From positions 192,001 to 256,000 of the forward strand of contig CAWAHW010000001.1 in NCBI GenBank assembly GCA_963781885.1: a stretch of DNA of 64,000 nt, written 5' to 3'. The position numbers and the translations under genes were made by a program. The DNA is from an uncultured Spirochaetota bacterium. Lineage in GTDB: Bacteria > Spirochaetota > Spirochaetia > SZUA-6 > Fen-1364. The notes under the pieces are model-generated. The model had not been told where the DNA came from. It saw nothing but the letters and a program-made list of their open reading frames with translations, and did not search any database. Positions 40,116 to 49,773 of the stretch are shown here, in pieces (position 1 is the first letter of the stretch; every line of letters begins with the position of its first letter).

Positions 40116-42424
40116 CAGACAGCATCGACCTGTGCGGAGGCTGGGAGCTCCTCTTCGGACCGGAAGAGGCGCAGAATCCCGCCACATTCGCGGAAGCCGC
40201 AAAAAAGGGATGGCGGACGATCGAGGCAGAGGTGCCCGGCAACGTGGAGCTGGATCTCGTCCGCGCCGGCCTGGAAAAGGATCCCTTCTTCGGCACGAAC
40301 CTGTATCGTTTCCGAACCTACGAGTTCCACCAGTGGTGGCTGCGCAAAGTCTTCACCGCACCCGCCCGGCCCGCTCCCTCGTCGGATTACCTGCTGCGGC
40401 TGGAGGGCCTCAATACATACGGCACCATCTGGCTGAACGGCGTCGAGGTGGGGAAAACCGCCAACATGCTCGTCGAGCACGATTTCGACGTTTCGTCGAT
40501 TCTCGCGTGGGGGAAGCGCAACGAGCTCACAATCCGCATCGAGTCCCCGATGAACAAGGCGCGGGCGCGGCACTACCCCGTCCACGTCGTGGGAAACGAA
40601 TGGCGCGATGAGATGGTGGCGTTGCGGATGCCCGCGCACTCCTTCGGCTGGGACATCATGCCGCGTCTGCTCTCCGCGGGGCTCTGGAGGCCCATCCATA
40701 TCGATGCCCTGCCGCGGGACCGGCTCACCGATGTCTATTACGCCACTGCACGGCTCTCCGCCAAAGGGGCAGAGCTCGCCGTCCGCTACCGGTTTCAGGC
40801 AACGGATCCGCAAATCGCCGGCTACACGATCCGTCTCCGCGGCAACTGTGGAACGAGCGGCTTCGAGAAGACGGCCGTCGCGAGCTTCGTGTCCGGCGGT
40901 TTCGTCGTGAAGATCGCCGCGCCCGCGCTCTGGTGGCCGCGCGGCTACGGTGAGGCGAAGCTGTACGACGTCGAGCTTGCCCTGCTCAAGGACGGGAACG
41001 TCGTCGACGCGCGGCGCGAGCGCATCGGGATACGCAGGACGGCCATCGAGAGGCGCTACGAAGAAGGCGACGCGGGGGAGTTCAAGATCCTGATCAACGA
41101 CACGCCCATCATGGCGATGGGTTCCAACTGGGTTCCCCTGGATGCGCTGCACAGCAGGGACGCCGGGCGGCTGGCGCGCGTCTTCGAGCTGGTGAACGAC
41201 ACGGGGTGCAACATCCTGCGCTGCTGGGGCGGCAATGTCTACGAGGACCACGCCTTCTTCGACCTGTGCGATGAGAACGGGGTGATGGTCTGGCAGGATT
41301 TCAGCTTCGCCTGCGGGTCCTATCCCCAGGACGAAGGGTTCCTGCGGGAGGTTGCCGTTGAAGCGCGGGAGATCGTGCGCAAGCTGCGCAATCACCCCTC
41401 CCTTCTTCTGTGGGCCGGCGACAACGAGATCGACCAGACATTCCGCAATGTCGGCTACGACGAGCCGCACGCGCGCACGAACCGCATCTCGCGTGACGTC
41501 CTTCCCCAGGCGACGCGCGATCACGACCCCTACCGGCCGTACGTCGAGTCCTCGCCGTGCATTCCCTACGACGTGCAAAGCGAGTTTTCCGTCCCCGAGC
41601 AGCACAACTGGGGACCCCGCGACTATTTCAAGGGCGAGTTCTACCGGCATACCACGGCGCACTTCATCAGCGAGATCGGCTACCACGGGTGTCCCGCCGT
41701 CTCGTCGCTGGGGAAATTCATCCCGAAGGATCGTCTGTGGCCTATGCCTAACGACGAGTGGGACACGCACAATACCGCGTACGTTCCCTGGGAGCAAAGG
41801 GATTACAACAGGAACGTGCTGATGCGAAACCAGGTGCAGGCGCTCTTTGGCGAGGTGCCGGACAGCCTGGAAGACTTTGTGCTTGCATCGCAGATCTCGC
41901 AGGCGGAGGCGAAGAAGTTCTTCATCGAGATGGTCCGCGGCCGGAAATGGCGGCGCACGGGCATCATCTGGTGGAACCTCATGGACGGGTGGCCGCAGAT
42001 CTCCGATGCCGTGGTGGACTATTACCTCAACAGGAAGATTGCCTATCACTACATCACGCGGTGCCAGGCTCCGGTCCTCCTCATCATGCAGGAGCCCGAG
42101 AACTGGAAATACGAATGCATCGTCGACAACAACACCCTCGCGGACCACGTGGTCGAATGGACCATCGAAAACGGCGACACGGGGTCGCCGGTGGCCCGTG
42201 GAAGGACGCTCGCGCGTGCGAATGCCAACACCCCGGTCATGGCACTTCCCATGATCCCGAGCAGCCAGGAGTTTTTCATCATGCGCTGGACGGTGAACGG
42301 CGAGCCGCACGCGAATCACTACGTGGCGGGCGCCGCCCCCCTGGATTTCTCCCTGTATCGCAAGCGACTGGCGAGTATCGAGGCGCTGCCGGCAGCCTTC
42401 CACGTCAGCGACTGCATCCGGTAA
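40112..42424 (+). CDS. GH2 beta-mannosidase-like glycosidase
   Basis: GTG at 40112; VPGNVELDL, FGWDI, LWWPRGYG, GSNWVP, LRCWGG, VWQDF, RNHPS, WAGDNE, FISEIG. Confidence 0.9.
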   Translation: MTDSIDLCGGWELLFGPEEAQNPATFAEAAKKGWRTIEAEVPGNVELDLVRAGLEKDPFFGTNLYRFRTYEFHQWWLRKVFTAPARPAPSSDYLLRLEGLNTYGTIWLNGVEVGKTANMLVEHDFDVSSILAWGKRNELTIRIESPMNKARARHYPVHVVGNEWRDEMVALRMPAHSFGWDIMPRLLSAGLWRPIHIDALPRDRLTDVYYATARLSAKGAELAVRYRFQATDPQIAGYTIRLRGNCGTSGFEKTAVASFVSGGFVVKIAAPALWWPRGYGEAKLYDVELALLKDGNVVDARRERIGIRRTAIERRYEEGDAGEFKILINDTPIMAMGSNWVPLDALHSRDAGRLARVFELVNDTGCNILRCWGGNVYEDHAFFDLCDENGVMVWQDFSFACGSYPQDEGFLREVAVEAREIVRKLRNHPSLLLWAGDNEIDQTFRNVGYDEPHARTNRISRDVLPQATRDHDPYRPYVESSPCIPYDVQSEFSVPEQHNWGPRDYFKGEFYRHTTAHFISEIGYHGCPAVSSLGKFIPKDRLWPMPNDEWDTHNTAYVPWEQRDYNRNVLMRNQVQALFGEVPDSLEDFVLASQISQAEAKKFFIEMVRGRKWRRTGIIWWNLMDGWPQISDAVVDYYLNRKIAYHYITRCQAPVLLIMQEPENWKYECIVDNNTLADHVVEWTIENGDTGSPVARGRTLARANANTPVMALPMIPSSQEFFIMRWTVNGEPHANHYVAGAAPLDFSLYRKRLASIEALPAAFHVSDCIR

Positions 42425-42455
42425 TGATCCCGGCATCGACAAGAGGAGCTCATCA

Positions 42456-44597
42456 ATGATGACGGTGCACATGATCGGCAACGCGCATCTCGACCCGGTG
42501 TGGCTCTGGCGTTGGCCCTCCGGTGTCGCGGAAGCCCTCGCCACCTGCAGGACCGCCTGTGATCTGCTGGACGCCTATCCGCAGTTCATCTTCACACGGT
42601 CCGACGTCTGGGTGTACGAGCGCATCGAAGAGCTCGACCCGGGCCTTTTCGCGCGCGTCAGGCGTCACATGGAATCGGGCCGGTGGGCGGTCGTCGGCGG
42701 GTGGTACATACAGCCCGACTGCAACTTCCCCCGCGAGGAATCGTTTCGACGGCACATGGAGACGGGGAGGCGTTTCGGGGAGAAGCTCGGGCTTCCGCCG
42801 GTCACCGTGGGCTACAATGTCGACAGCTTCGGGCACGCCGGCTCGCTGCCCCGGCTCCTCGCGGAGCACGGCTACGACAGCTACGTCATGATGCGTCCCA
42901 AGCAGGAGGAGAAACAGCTTCCGACCACCCTCTTTCGCTGGCGCTCGGACGAGGAGGCGGGGGGGGTACGGGAGGTGCTCACGTGGCGCATCCCTGCCAG
43001 CTATTGCTCCTCCGACGACGGCATGACGCCGGACGTGGAGGCCGTCCTGGCGGCGGCGACCCCCGGCGTGGACCACGTGATGTGTTTCTACGGCGTGGGC
43101 GATCACGGCGGGGGACCCACTCGCGCGCACATCGAATGGATACTCGCCAACCAGGACGCGTTTCCCGGCGCCCGGCTCGTCTTTTCCCATCCCCGCGCAT
43201 TCTTCGATGCGGTTGCCTCCAGCCGGGAGAAGCTGCCGGTCGTGACCGGGGAGCTGCAACATCACGCCATCGGCTGCTACAGCGTCGAGCACCGGCTGAA
43301 AAAGGCAGTCCGCGCCGCGGAGCATGGCCTCCACATGGCACAGGCGGCCGTGGAAGCATTTCCCGCGGACTCTCCCGCGGGCGCCCGGGAGATGATCGAC
43401 CGTGCGTGGAACAAGACACTCTTCAACCAGTTCCACGACATCCATGGCGGCGCGAGCATTCCCGCCGCGGGCGATGACGCGCTGGCCCAGCTCGGCGGCG
43501 CGCGCGACAGCGCGGATTCGATCGCCTATTCCACGCTCTTCCGCCACGCGGCGGACCTTCCGCCCTCCCGCGACCAGATCATGTGGGTCTTCAATGCATC
43601 GGACCAGCCATTCGAAGGCTACATCCATTGGGAGCCCTGGGTGGGCTGGAAAGACTTCAGCGGACAGGTGAGGGATGGCGACGGCCGGCAGGTCCCGTTC
43701 CAGGTCCTGCCCGCCGCTTCGATCACCTGGCTCTGGGGCTCGCTCCTGTGGCCGGCATCGCTTCAACCGCGCCAGCTCAAGCCCTTCCTGATCGCGAAAG
43801 ACCCGGTGAGAGAGGCTTTTGCCACGGATCTTTCAACGGGGTCCGCAGCGGTCTCCAACAGCTTCTGGGAAATACGCGGGGGAAAAGACGCGCAGCTCGC
43901 TTCTTTCAGGTCTCTGACGGGCAAACGCGGCGCAACGGGGCCCGAAGGGCTCGCCGTCCTTGTGCGCGACGATCAGAGCGATACCTGGTCCCACGGAATC
44001 GACCGCTATGCCGGCGCGCTCATCGGACGCTTTACAGTGCGGGCCGTCGTGATCGAAGAAAAAGGCCCCCTGCGTGCGAGCATGCGGGTGGACGCGCTGC
44101 TCGGATCGAGCGCCCTCTCCCTGTGGATGCGCCTGTACAGAAACGATCCGCGCATCGAGATGGAGCTTCGGCTGGACTGGCGGGAGAAGGCGCGCGTTGC
44201 GAAGCTCCTTCTCCCGCTGGATGCACCGGTCATCAAGCGGGTGGACGGCATTCCGGGCGGCGGCGCGCGGCGGCCGCAGGATGGCAGGGAATGTCCGCTT
44301 GTCGATTGGACCCTGGCCCAATTTTCCGATGCATCAAGCGTGGGGATCGCCTCCCCTGACTGCTCGGCTCTCGACGGGGCAGGAAATACAATCGGGTTCA
44401 CGCTCGTGCGGTCCCCGGCATTCGCATGGCATTTCCCCACGCCGCTTCCCGTCGATCGTATCTACCGATTCACCGACCAGGGCGAGCACGTCTTCCGATT
44501 CACGCTGCTGCCCGGCGCGGACACGCAAACGCTCGACAGGATCGCTTTGGCCGCGCATCGGCCGCCGCTTTGCATCGATTCGACAAGGGGAATGTGA
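42456..44597 (+). CDS. GH38 alpha-mannosidase-like glycosidase
   Basis: GNAHLDPVWLW, GGWYIQPDCN, DSFGH, YGVGDHGGGP, NQFHDI. Confidence 0.9.
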   Translation: MMTVHMIGNAHLDPVWLWRWPSGVAEALATCRTACDLLDAYPQFIFTRSDVWVYERIEELDPGLFARVRRHMESGRWAVVGGWYIQPDCNFPREESFRRHMETGRRFGEKLGLPPVTVGYNVDSFGHAGSLPRLLAEHGYDSYVMMRPKQEEKQLPTTLFRWRSDEEAGGVREVLTWRIPASYCSSDDGMTPDVEAVLAAATPGVDHVMCFYGVGDHGGGPTRAHIEWILANQDAFPGARLVFSHPRAFFDAVASSREKLPVVTGELQHHAIGCYSVEHRLKKAVRAAEHGLHMAQAAVEAFPADSPAGAREMIDRAWNKTLFNQFHDIHGGASIPAAGDDALAQLGGARDSADSIAYSTLFRHAADLPPSRDQIMWVFNASDQPFEGYIHWEPWVGWKDFSGQVRDGDGRQVPFQVLPAASITWLWGSLLWPASLQPRQLKPFLIAKDPVREAFATDLSTGSAAVSNSFWEIRGGKDAQLASFRSLTGKRGATGPEGLAVLVRDDQSDTWSHGIDRYAGALIGRFTVRAVVIEEKGPLRASMRVDALLGSSALSLWMRLYRNDPRIEMELRLDWREKARVAKLLLPLDAPVIKRVDGIPGGGARRPQDGRECPLVDWTLAQFSDASSVGIASPDCSALDGAGNTIGFTLVRSPAFAWHFPTPLPVDRIYRFTDQGEHVFRFTLLPGADTQTLDRIALAAHRPPLCIDSTRGM

Positions 44598-44638
44598 GAA
44601 GCGGGGACCGGGAAAGTGCGGACCCTTCCGCCGGCATT

Positions 44639-44908
44639 TCAGGCAGGCAGCCGCGAGGCCTCGTATTCCAACTTCAGCACCAGATGATCGAGCTTGTCGA
44701 GCTTCTGAGTGCGGGATTTTTCCTGAATGCTTTGCAGGGAAGGCAAAACGGTCTGGGTGTAGCGATGGACGGCCGCGCGCGCTTTTTCCATGGAACTGGC
44801 TCCCGAGGCCTCGTTGACGTAGGCGATGATGAGTTTTTTGCTTGTTGTAGGCAATTCTGACTTGTTCAGATGCTCGACCACCGCAAAAATCGCCAGGAGA
44901 TAGCTCAT
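44639..44908 (-). CDS. Small hypothetical protein
   Basis: Natural-looking helical composition; promoter TTGACA-N17-TAGCAT at 44963..44935 on the minus strand. Confidence 0.6.
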   Translation of the reverse strand: MSYLLAIFAVVEHLNKSELPTTSKKLIIAYVNEASGASSMEKARAAVHRYTQTVLPSLQSIQEKSRTQKLDKLDHLVLKLEYEASRLPA

Positions 44909-45005
44909 TTCACCCACGTTATCGCCTGCCCAGCATGCTACGCGGGGGCCATCCCGCTGTCAAGAAAGCACGTCGGAAGCCTCCGCGGTGCCCGGATTCT
45001 TTCTC

Positions 45006-45034
45006 TTGACGGCACCCCTTCTTTCATATATGAT
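45006..45034 (+). promoter_or_regulatory. Near-consensus sigma70 promoter
   Basis: TTGACG(45006)-N17-TATGAT(45029). Confidence 0.8.
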
Positions 45035-45040
45035 TCACAA

Positions 45041-45394
45041 CGTATTCGGGCGCTCTTGGGATGGTTTCGTTGAAACAGGACTGACTGGCGCAGGAATACC
45101 GCGTTCTTGAGGACTGGCGCGCGGAGAGATGATCTGGCACACGCGGGATTGCATCTGATTCGATGAATGCCGCCCAGGGGTGAATCTGGAAGAATCTCGA
45201 GTGGTCGAATTACTGGCCCATAAAGTAATCCCTTCCCTTCGAATCAATTCATTTCCCCCCGTTTCGACAAGCCGCAGATATTGCCCGACCGTGCCGCATG
45301 CCGAGTCGACAGGGGCGTCGTGAGTCTGTCGTCGACAGGCTCTGCTTACATCTAGGGAAGCGGGGGAAAGCCCCGCTCGAAAAGGGGGATCGAC
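45041..45394 (+). ncRNA. Candidate structured 5' leader or small RNA upstream of the RRM gene
   Basis: Hand-folded ~27-bp G-U-rich helix 45051-45079/45154-45182, inner stem 45099-45104/45141-45146, further hairpins at ~45296-45346 and 45359-45377; no credible + strand ORF. Confidence 0.5.
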
Positions 45395-45694
45395 ATGGCA
45401 AAGAAAATCTATGTCGGCAACATGAACTATAACACGAGCGAGGACACGCTCCGGCAGCTCTTCGCCCAGTACGGCGAGGTGGTGTCCGTCAACGTGATCA
45501 CCGACCGTTACACCGGCCGCGCAAAGGGCTTCGGCTTCGTCGAGATGGCGTCGGAAGACGCCGCCCGCGCCGCCATGACCGCCCTGAACGGCAGGGAGCT
45601 CGACGGCCGGCAGCTGAAGGTCAACGAAGCGAACGACAAGCCTCGCGACAGCAACCGCAGCAGCGGCGGCGGCGGAAAGAGCCGCTACTACTAG
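45395..45694 (+). CDS. Single-RRM RNA-binding protein (Rbp type)
   Basis: RNP2 IYVGNM, RNP1 KGFGFVEM, Gly-rich tail. Confidence 0.95.
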   Translation: MAKKIYVGNMNYNTSEDTLRQLFAQYGEVVSVNVITDRYTGRAKGFGFVEMASEDAARAAMTALNGRELDGRQLKVNEANDKPRDSNRSSGGGGKSRYY

Positions 45695-45709
45695 GCCCTT
45701 GTCCGAAAC

Positions 45710-45760
45710 AGGGAGGCGTGGGTCCGGATGCACGTCCGGGCCGCGCCTCCCTTTTCTCTT
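45710..45760 (+). terminator. Rho-independent terminator
   Basis: AGGGAGGCGTGGGTCCGGA…TCCGGGCCGCGCCTCCCT followed by TTTCTCTT. Confidence 0.75.
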
Positions 45761-45818
45761 CCGCCTTCTCCCGTTGATTCATGCCCGCGCACGGGGAGTA
45801 CGCAGAGAGGAGGACCTC

Positions 45819-46067
45819 ATGGGCAGATCGCCGTATCAGAGCGAAAAGCGCCGCAAGGAGCTCGCCCGTCTGAAGAAACAGGAAGAAAAAAGGCAGCGCC
45901 GGTTCAACAAGAAACACGAGGGCGAGCCGGGAAGCACGGCGGACGACGGGACCCCGGGGGAAACCCTGGAGCCCGGCGAACAGCCTGCTGACGCCGCTTC
46001 ACCCGATGCAGCACCGACGGGCCCCGCTCCCGCAGAGGGAGAAACCGGGACCGAAAGACCTTCCTGA
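45819..46067 (+). CDS. Small protein with basic N-terminus and acidic disordered tail
   Basis: GAGGAGG RBS; MGRSPYQSEKRRKELARLKKQEEKRQRR…. Confidence 0.7.
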   Translation: MGRSPYQSEKRRKELARLKKQEEKRQRRFNKKHEGEPGSTADDGTPGETLEPGEQPADAASPDAAPTGPAPAEGETGTERPS

Positions 46068-46182
46068 AAAAGTGATGACCTGAAAGCGGCAGCGCGCTCT
46101 GCCCGGTTTGGCAGCGTGCGCGGGCCGCGCGTCCGACATCCGCCTCCCCCATCGCTCTATTCTTCCTGATGCCACGATTCTT

Positions 46183-47919
46183 TCAGGCACCTTTTTTTTC
46201 GATGCGTGCCCAGGTGTCCTTCAGCGACACGGTGCGGTTGAGAACGAGCGCGCCGGGACGGGCGTCCGGGTCGACGGAGAAATAGCCCAGCCGCTCGAAT
46301 TGAAACCTTTGCCCCGGGGTGGCCCCTTGGAGCCCGGGCTCCAGGCGCGCGGCGTCCAGGACCTCCAGGGATGCCGGGTTGATCGTGTCCTTCCAGTCCA
46401 CCCCTGGTGCGACCTCCTGGGGAAAGTCCGACAGGAAAAGATGGTCATAGAGACGCACTTCTGCCGACAGGGCATGAGCAGCGGAGACCCAGTGTATCGT
46501 CGCCTTCACCTTGCGATTGTCCGCCGCGTTTCCCCCCCGGGTCGCCGGGTCGTAGGTGCAGAGGACCTCGACCACCTGGCCGGTGGAGGGGTCCTTGCGT
46601 ACGCCCGTGCACGTGACGATGTAGCCGTAGCGCAGCCGCACCTGGTTGCCCGGGAAAAGCCGGTAATACTTCGGCGGCGGCGCCTCGCGGAAATCGTCCT
46701 GCTCGATGAAAAGCTCGCCCGAGAAGGGGATCCGGCGCGTGCCCGCCGCGGGATCTTCGGGGTTGTTCACCGCCTCGAGCTCCTCCACGCGGCCGGCGGG
46801 CCAGTTCTGGATCACGAGCTTCAGCGGCCGGAGCACCGCCATGGCACGCAGGCAGCGGCGGTTGAGATCCTCGCGCAAACAGTGTTCCAGGAGCGCGATG
46901 TCGACCGTGCTCACGGTCTTCGACATGCCCACGCGCGAGATGAAGTCCCGGATGGCTTCGGGCGTGTAGCCGCGCCGGCGAAGCCCGACCAGCGTCGGCA
47001 TCCGCGGGTCGTCCCAGCCGCGGACCCTGCCGTCCTTCACCAGCTCCAGCAACCACCGTTTGCTCATCACCATGTGGGTGACATTCAGCCGCGCGAACTC
47101 GATCTGCCGGCTGTGGAAGATGCCGAGGTTCTCCAGGAACCAGTCGTACAGCGGACGATGGATCTCGTACTCCATGCTGCACAGGGAATGCGTGACCCCC
47201 TCGATGGAGTCGGAGAGCGGATGCTGGTAGTCGTACATCGGGTAGATGCACCACGCATCGCCCGTGCGGTGGTGCGCGGCGTGGCGGATGCGGTACATCA
47301 CCGGATCACGCATGTGGAGGTTGGGATGGGCCATGTCGATCTTTGCGCGTAGCGTCCGGGCGCCGTCGGGAAACTCGCCGGCGCGCATCCGGCGGAAAAG
47401 GTCCAGGTTCTCCGCCACGCTGCGGTCCCGCCACGGGCTGTTGCGCCCGGGGGGCGTCATGGTAATGGGGCCCTTGTCGGCCACGTCCGTCCCCCGATAC
47501 TCGCGGATCTCCTGCTCGCTCAGGTCGCAGACGTACGCCTTGCCTGCCGTGATGAGCTGTTCCGCCCAGGAGTAGAGCTGCTCGAAGTAGTCGGAGGCAA
47601 AGAGCTCCTTGCCCCCCCAGGTGAAGCCCAGCCAGCGCACGTCCGCGGTGATCGCATCGACGTACTCCTGCTCCTCTTTCTCGGGGTTCGTGTCGTCGAA
47701 ACGGAAGTTGCAGTTCCCGCCGAACTCCGCGGCGATGCCGAAGTCGAGGCAGAATGCCTTTGCATGCCCGATATGCAGGTACCCATTAGGCTCGGGGGGC
47801 CAGCGCGTCCGCACGTAGGTGAAGCGGCCTTCTGCGAGATCCTGTTCGACGGCGTCGCGAATGAAGTCCGAGGGCGCGGCCCTCTCAGGCCCGGACGCGG
47901 GATTTGCGGGATCGGTCAC
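46183..47919 (-). CDS. glnS: Glutamine--tRNA ligase
   Basis: [33 protein letters not shown]; GTG at 47919 with AGGAGA RBS. Confidence 0.97.
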   Translation of the reverse strand: MTDPANPASGPERAAPSDFIRDAVEQDLAEGRFTYVRTRWPPEPNGYLHIGHAKAFCLDFGIAAEFGGNCNFRFDDTNPEKEEQEYVDAITADVRWLGFTWGGKELFASDYFEQLYSWAEQLITAGKAYVCDLSEQEIREYRGTDVADKGPITMTPPGRNSPWRDRSVAENLDLFRRMRAGEFPDGARTLRAKIDMAHPNLHMRDPVMYRIRHAAHHRTGDAWCIYPMYDYQHPLSDSIEGVTHSLCSMEYEIHRPLYDWFLENLGIFHSRQIEFARLNVTHMVMSKRWLLELVKDGRVRGWDDPRMPTLVGLRRRGYTPEAIRDFISRVGMSKTVSTVDIALLEHCLREDLNRRCLRAMAVLRPLKLVIQNWPAGRVEELEAVNNPEDPAAGTRRIPFSGELFIEQDDFREAPPPKYYRLFPGNQVRLRYGYIVTCTGVRKDPSTGQVVEVLCTYDPATRGGNAADNRKVKATIHWVSAAHALSAEVRLYDHLFLSDFPQEVAPGVDWKDTINPASLEVLDAARLEPGLQGATPGQRFQFERLGYFSVDPDARPGALVLNRTVSLKDTWARIEKKGA

Positions 47920-48111
47920 GTGATTCTCCTTCCGCCGCGCTTCAGAGGCGCGGTTGCGCCACTGTGGGCCGGGTGGCGGGCAGGTGTCAAGTTGCGCGGC
48001 ACGGTCCGCGTGCAATTGATTCATTGCTTTCCGGCCGGGCGCACACGCATATTATGGATACATCCCGGACGGACAATCGATTCGGCACGCATTGCAGCGC
48101 AGGAGGAATGA

Positions 48112-48423
48112 ATGGCGAAAAGTATCGATCAGGCGAAAATCGACGAGGCACTGGAGCTCCTCAACGAGGTGGCCAAGGGCAAAGAGGCCGAGCTGAAGAG
48201 GATGATCTCCGAAAAATACGGCAACCTGAAGTCAGCCTTCGGCGGGATTGCCGAAAAGATCGAGCACCGGGCGCATGACACCTATGAGCAGGGCAAGGAA
48301 AAGGCCGAGGAAATGGCATCCCGCGTGGACGGCAGCGTGCGGAAAAATCCCTGGCCCTTTCTCGGCGGCACGGCGATCGGGTTCCTGATCCTCGGATACC
48401 TCTTCGGCAGGTCAAGGAAATAG
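48112..48423 (+). CDS. DUF883/ElaB/YqjD-family membrane-anchored protein
   Basis: Helical N-terminus; VRKNPW followed by a C-terminal TM and basic end. Confidence 0.8.
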   Translation: MAKSIDQAKIDEALELLNEVAKGKEAELKRMISEKYGNLKSAFGGIAEKIEHRAHDTYEQGKEKAEEMASRVDGSVRKNPWPFLGGTAIGFLILGYLFGRSRK

Positions 48424-48435
48424 CGGCGCCCCGCC

Positions 48436-48798
48436 ATGAGCTTCTGGAAAGATCTGCTGGACACGGTGCTGGGCCTGACGCTGGGAAAGGTTTTCGCGGT
48501 CCTCAAGATACGGGGTGCCCTTCTTTACGTCGACGTCATCAAGAAGGCCCGTCTGGTGACGTTGCTGGCCTGCCTCCTGATTCTCTGCGTCGTCGTTCTT
48601 GCCTGCGGTTTCCTCCTGGTCCCCATCGCGCTCTGCCTCTTCATGCCCTGGGCTCCTGAGACGAAAGCGATCGTTGCCCTCTCCTTTGGCGTGGCGTACG
48701 TCATTGTCCCGCTCATCGCGGTGCTCATTCTGCTTTCGAAAAAACGCTGGATGAAGATGTCACGCGCCTCGCAGTTGCTGAAAGCAGCCCTGAAGTAG
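48436..48798 (+). CDS. Two-TM membrane protein (YqjE-like partner of DUF883)
   Basis: Two hydrophobic helices; position directly after DUF883. Confidence 0.65.
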   Translation: MSFWKDLLDTVLGLTLGKVFAVLKIRGALLYVDVIKKARLVTLLACLLILCVVVLACGFLLVPIALCLFMPWAPETKAIVALSFGVAYVIVPLIAVLILLSKKRWMKMSRASQLLKAALK

Positions 48799-48837
48799 AG
48801 GGCATCGGCCCACGTCAGCCCGCGCGAGCGTCTGCTG

Positions 48838-49620
48838 CTACTCTTCCGCCCGCATCGGCAGCCATTCCAGGACGCGTTGGATCGAGGCATCCCAATAGCC
48901 CCATTCATGCCTGCCCGGGGATTCTTCATACGTAAGAGGGACCCCGAGCGCCCGGGCATGATTCCGGAAATGGAGGTTCCCCGCGTGGAGGAAATCCTCC
49001 GTGCCGCAGCACTGGTACAGGGCCGGCAATTCGACACCGGCGGATACTGCAGCGGCCAGTCTTGCGCAAAGATCATTCGGCCCGGCTTTGAAGGTCTTCG
49101 GGCTGCCGAATATACGCTCCATTTCGCGTCCGAGCTCCGTGCCGGGTGCAAAGTCCGGGTCCTCTCGGAATCGCTCCTCCATATCCAGCGCTCCGGAGAG
49201 GCTTGCGGCGGCCGCATAGAGACCCGGGTTCCCAAGGGCGAGCGAGAGAGCACCGTAGCCGCCCATGGAAAGGCCGGCAACGAATGTGTCTTCACGTCGC
49301 GGCGAGAGCCGGAAAAAGCCTCGTGCCAGGGCAGGCAGCTCGTGCGCGAAGAACTCCCCATAGCGCGGCCCGTTGCGCGCGTCGACGTAGAAACCGCGGC
49401 CCGTCGTCGCCATGACCACGGCGATCTTCCTCCTGTCCGCGTATCGCTCGATGGATGTCCAACGGGTCCAGGCGGTGTGGTCATCCGAGAGACCGTGCAG
49501 AAGATAGAGCGTCGGCCAGAGACGGTCCGGCGGAGAGGCGGGATCCTGGGGGATGATGACATCCATGACGGTCTGGATGCGGAGAACCTCGGACCAGAAG
49601 TGGACATTGAAAAGCGCCAC
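48838..49620 (-). CDS. Alpha/beta-hydrolase esterase (tributyrin esterase/FrmB-like)
   Basis: LLHGLSDD, GLSMGG, CGTEDFL, GRHEWGYW. Confidence 0.9.
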   Translation of the reverse strand: MALFNVHFWSEVLRIQTVMDVIIPQDPASPPDRLWPTLYLLHGLSDDHTAWTRWTSIERYADRRKIAVVMATTGRGFYVDARNGPRYGEFFAHELPALARGFFRLSPRREDTFVAGLSMGGYGALSLALGNPGLYAAAASLSGALDMEERFREDPDFAPGTELGREMERIFGSPKTFKAGPNDLCARLAAAVSAGVELPALYQCCGTEDFLHAGNLHFRNHARALGVPLTYEESPGRHEWGYWDASIQRVLEWLPMRAEE

Positions 49621-49773
49621 GTGACCCCTCCCGATTTCGAATGGATGCGCGGATCATACCGATGCAGCCGCTTCGATTCTATGGCCCTTCACGGATTTTT
49701 TACCTGCGCGTGACAGTTCCGTGACACCTGCGCACCACCTTGTATGCGTGAACGATGAAGGAGGATACCGACG

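Noticed and set aside
38702-42424. 1240-aa ORF with a long N-terminal extension on GH2
   Set aside because: The extension is antisense read-through of the GC-rich J-domain gene; GH2 homology starts at GTG 40112.
45051-45182. 6S, SRP, tmRNA or RNase P identity for the rod-shaped RNA
   Set aside because: No SRP, RNase P or tmRNA signature is seen. The rod is shorter than a typical 6S and lacks its usual gene context. An Rfam scan is needed, so it is left unnamed.
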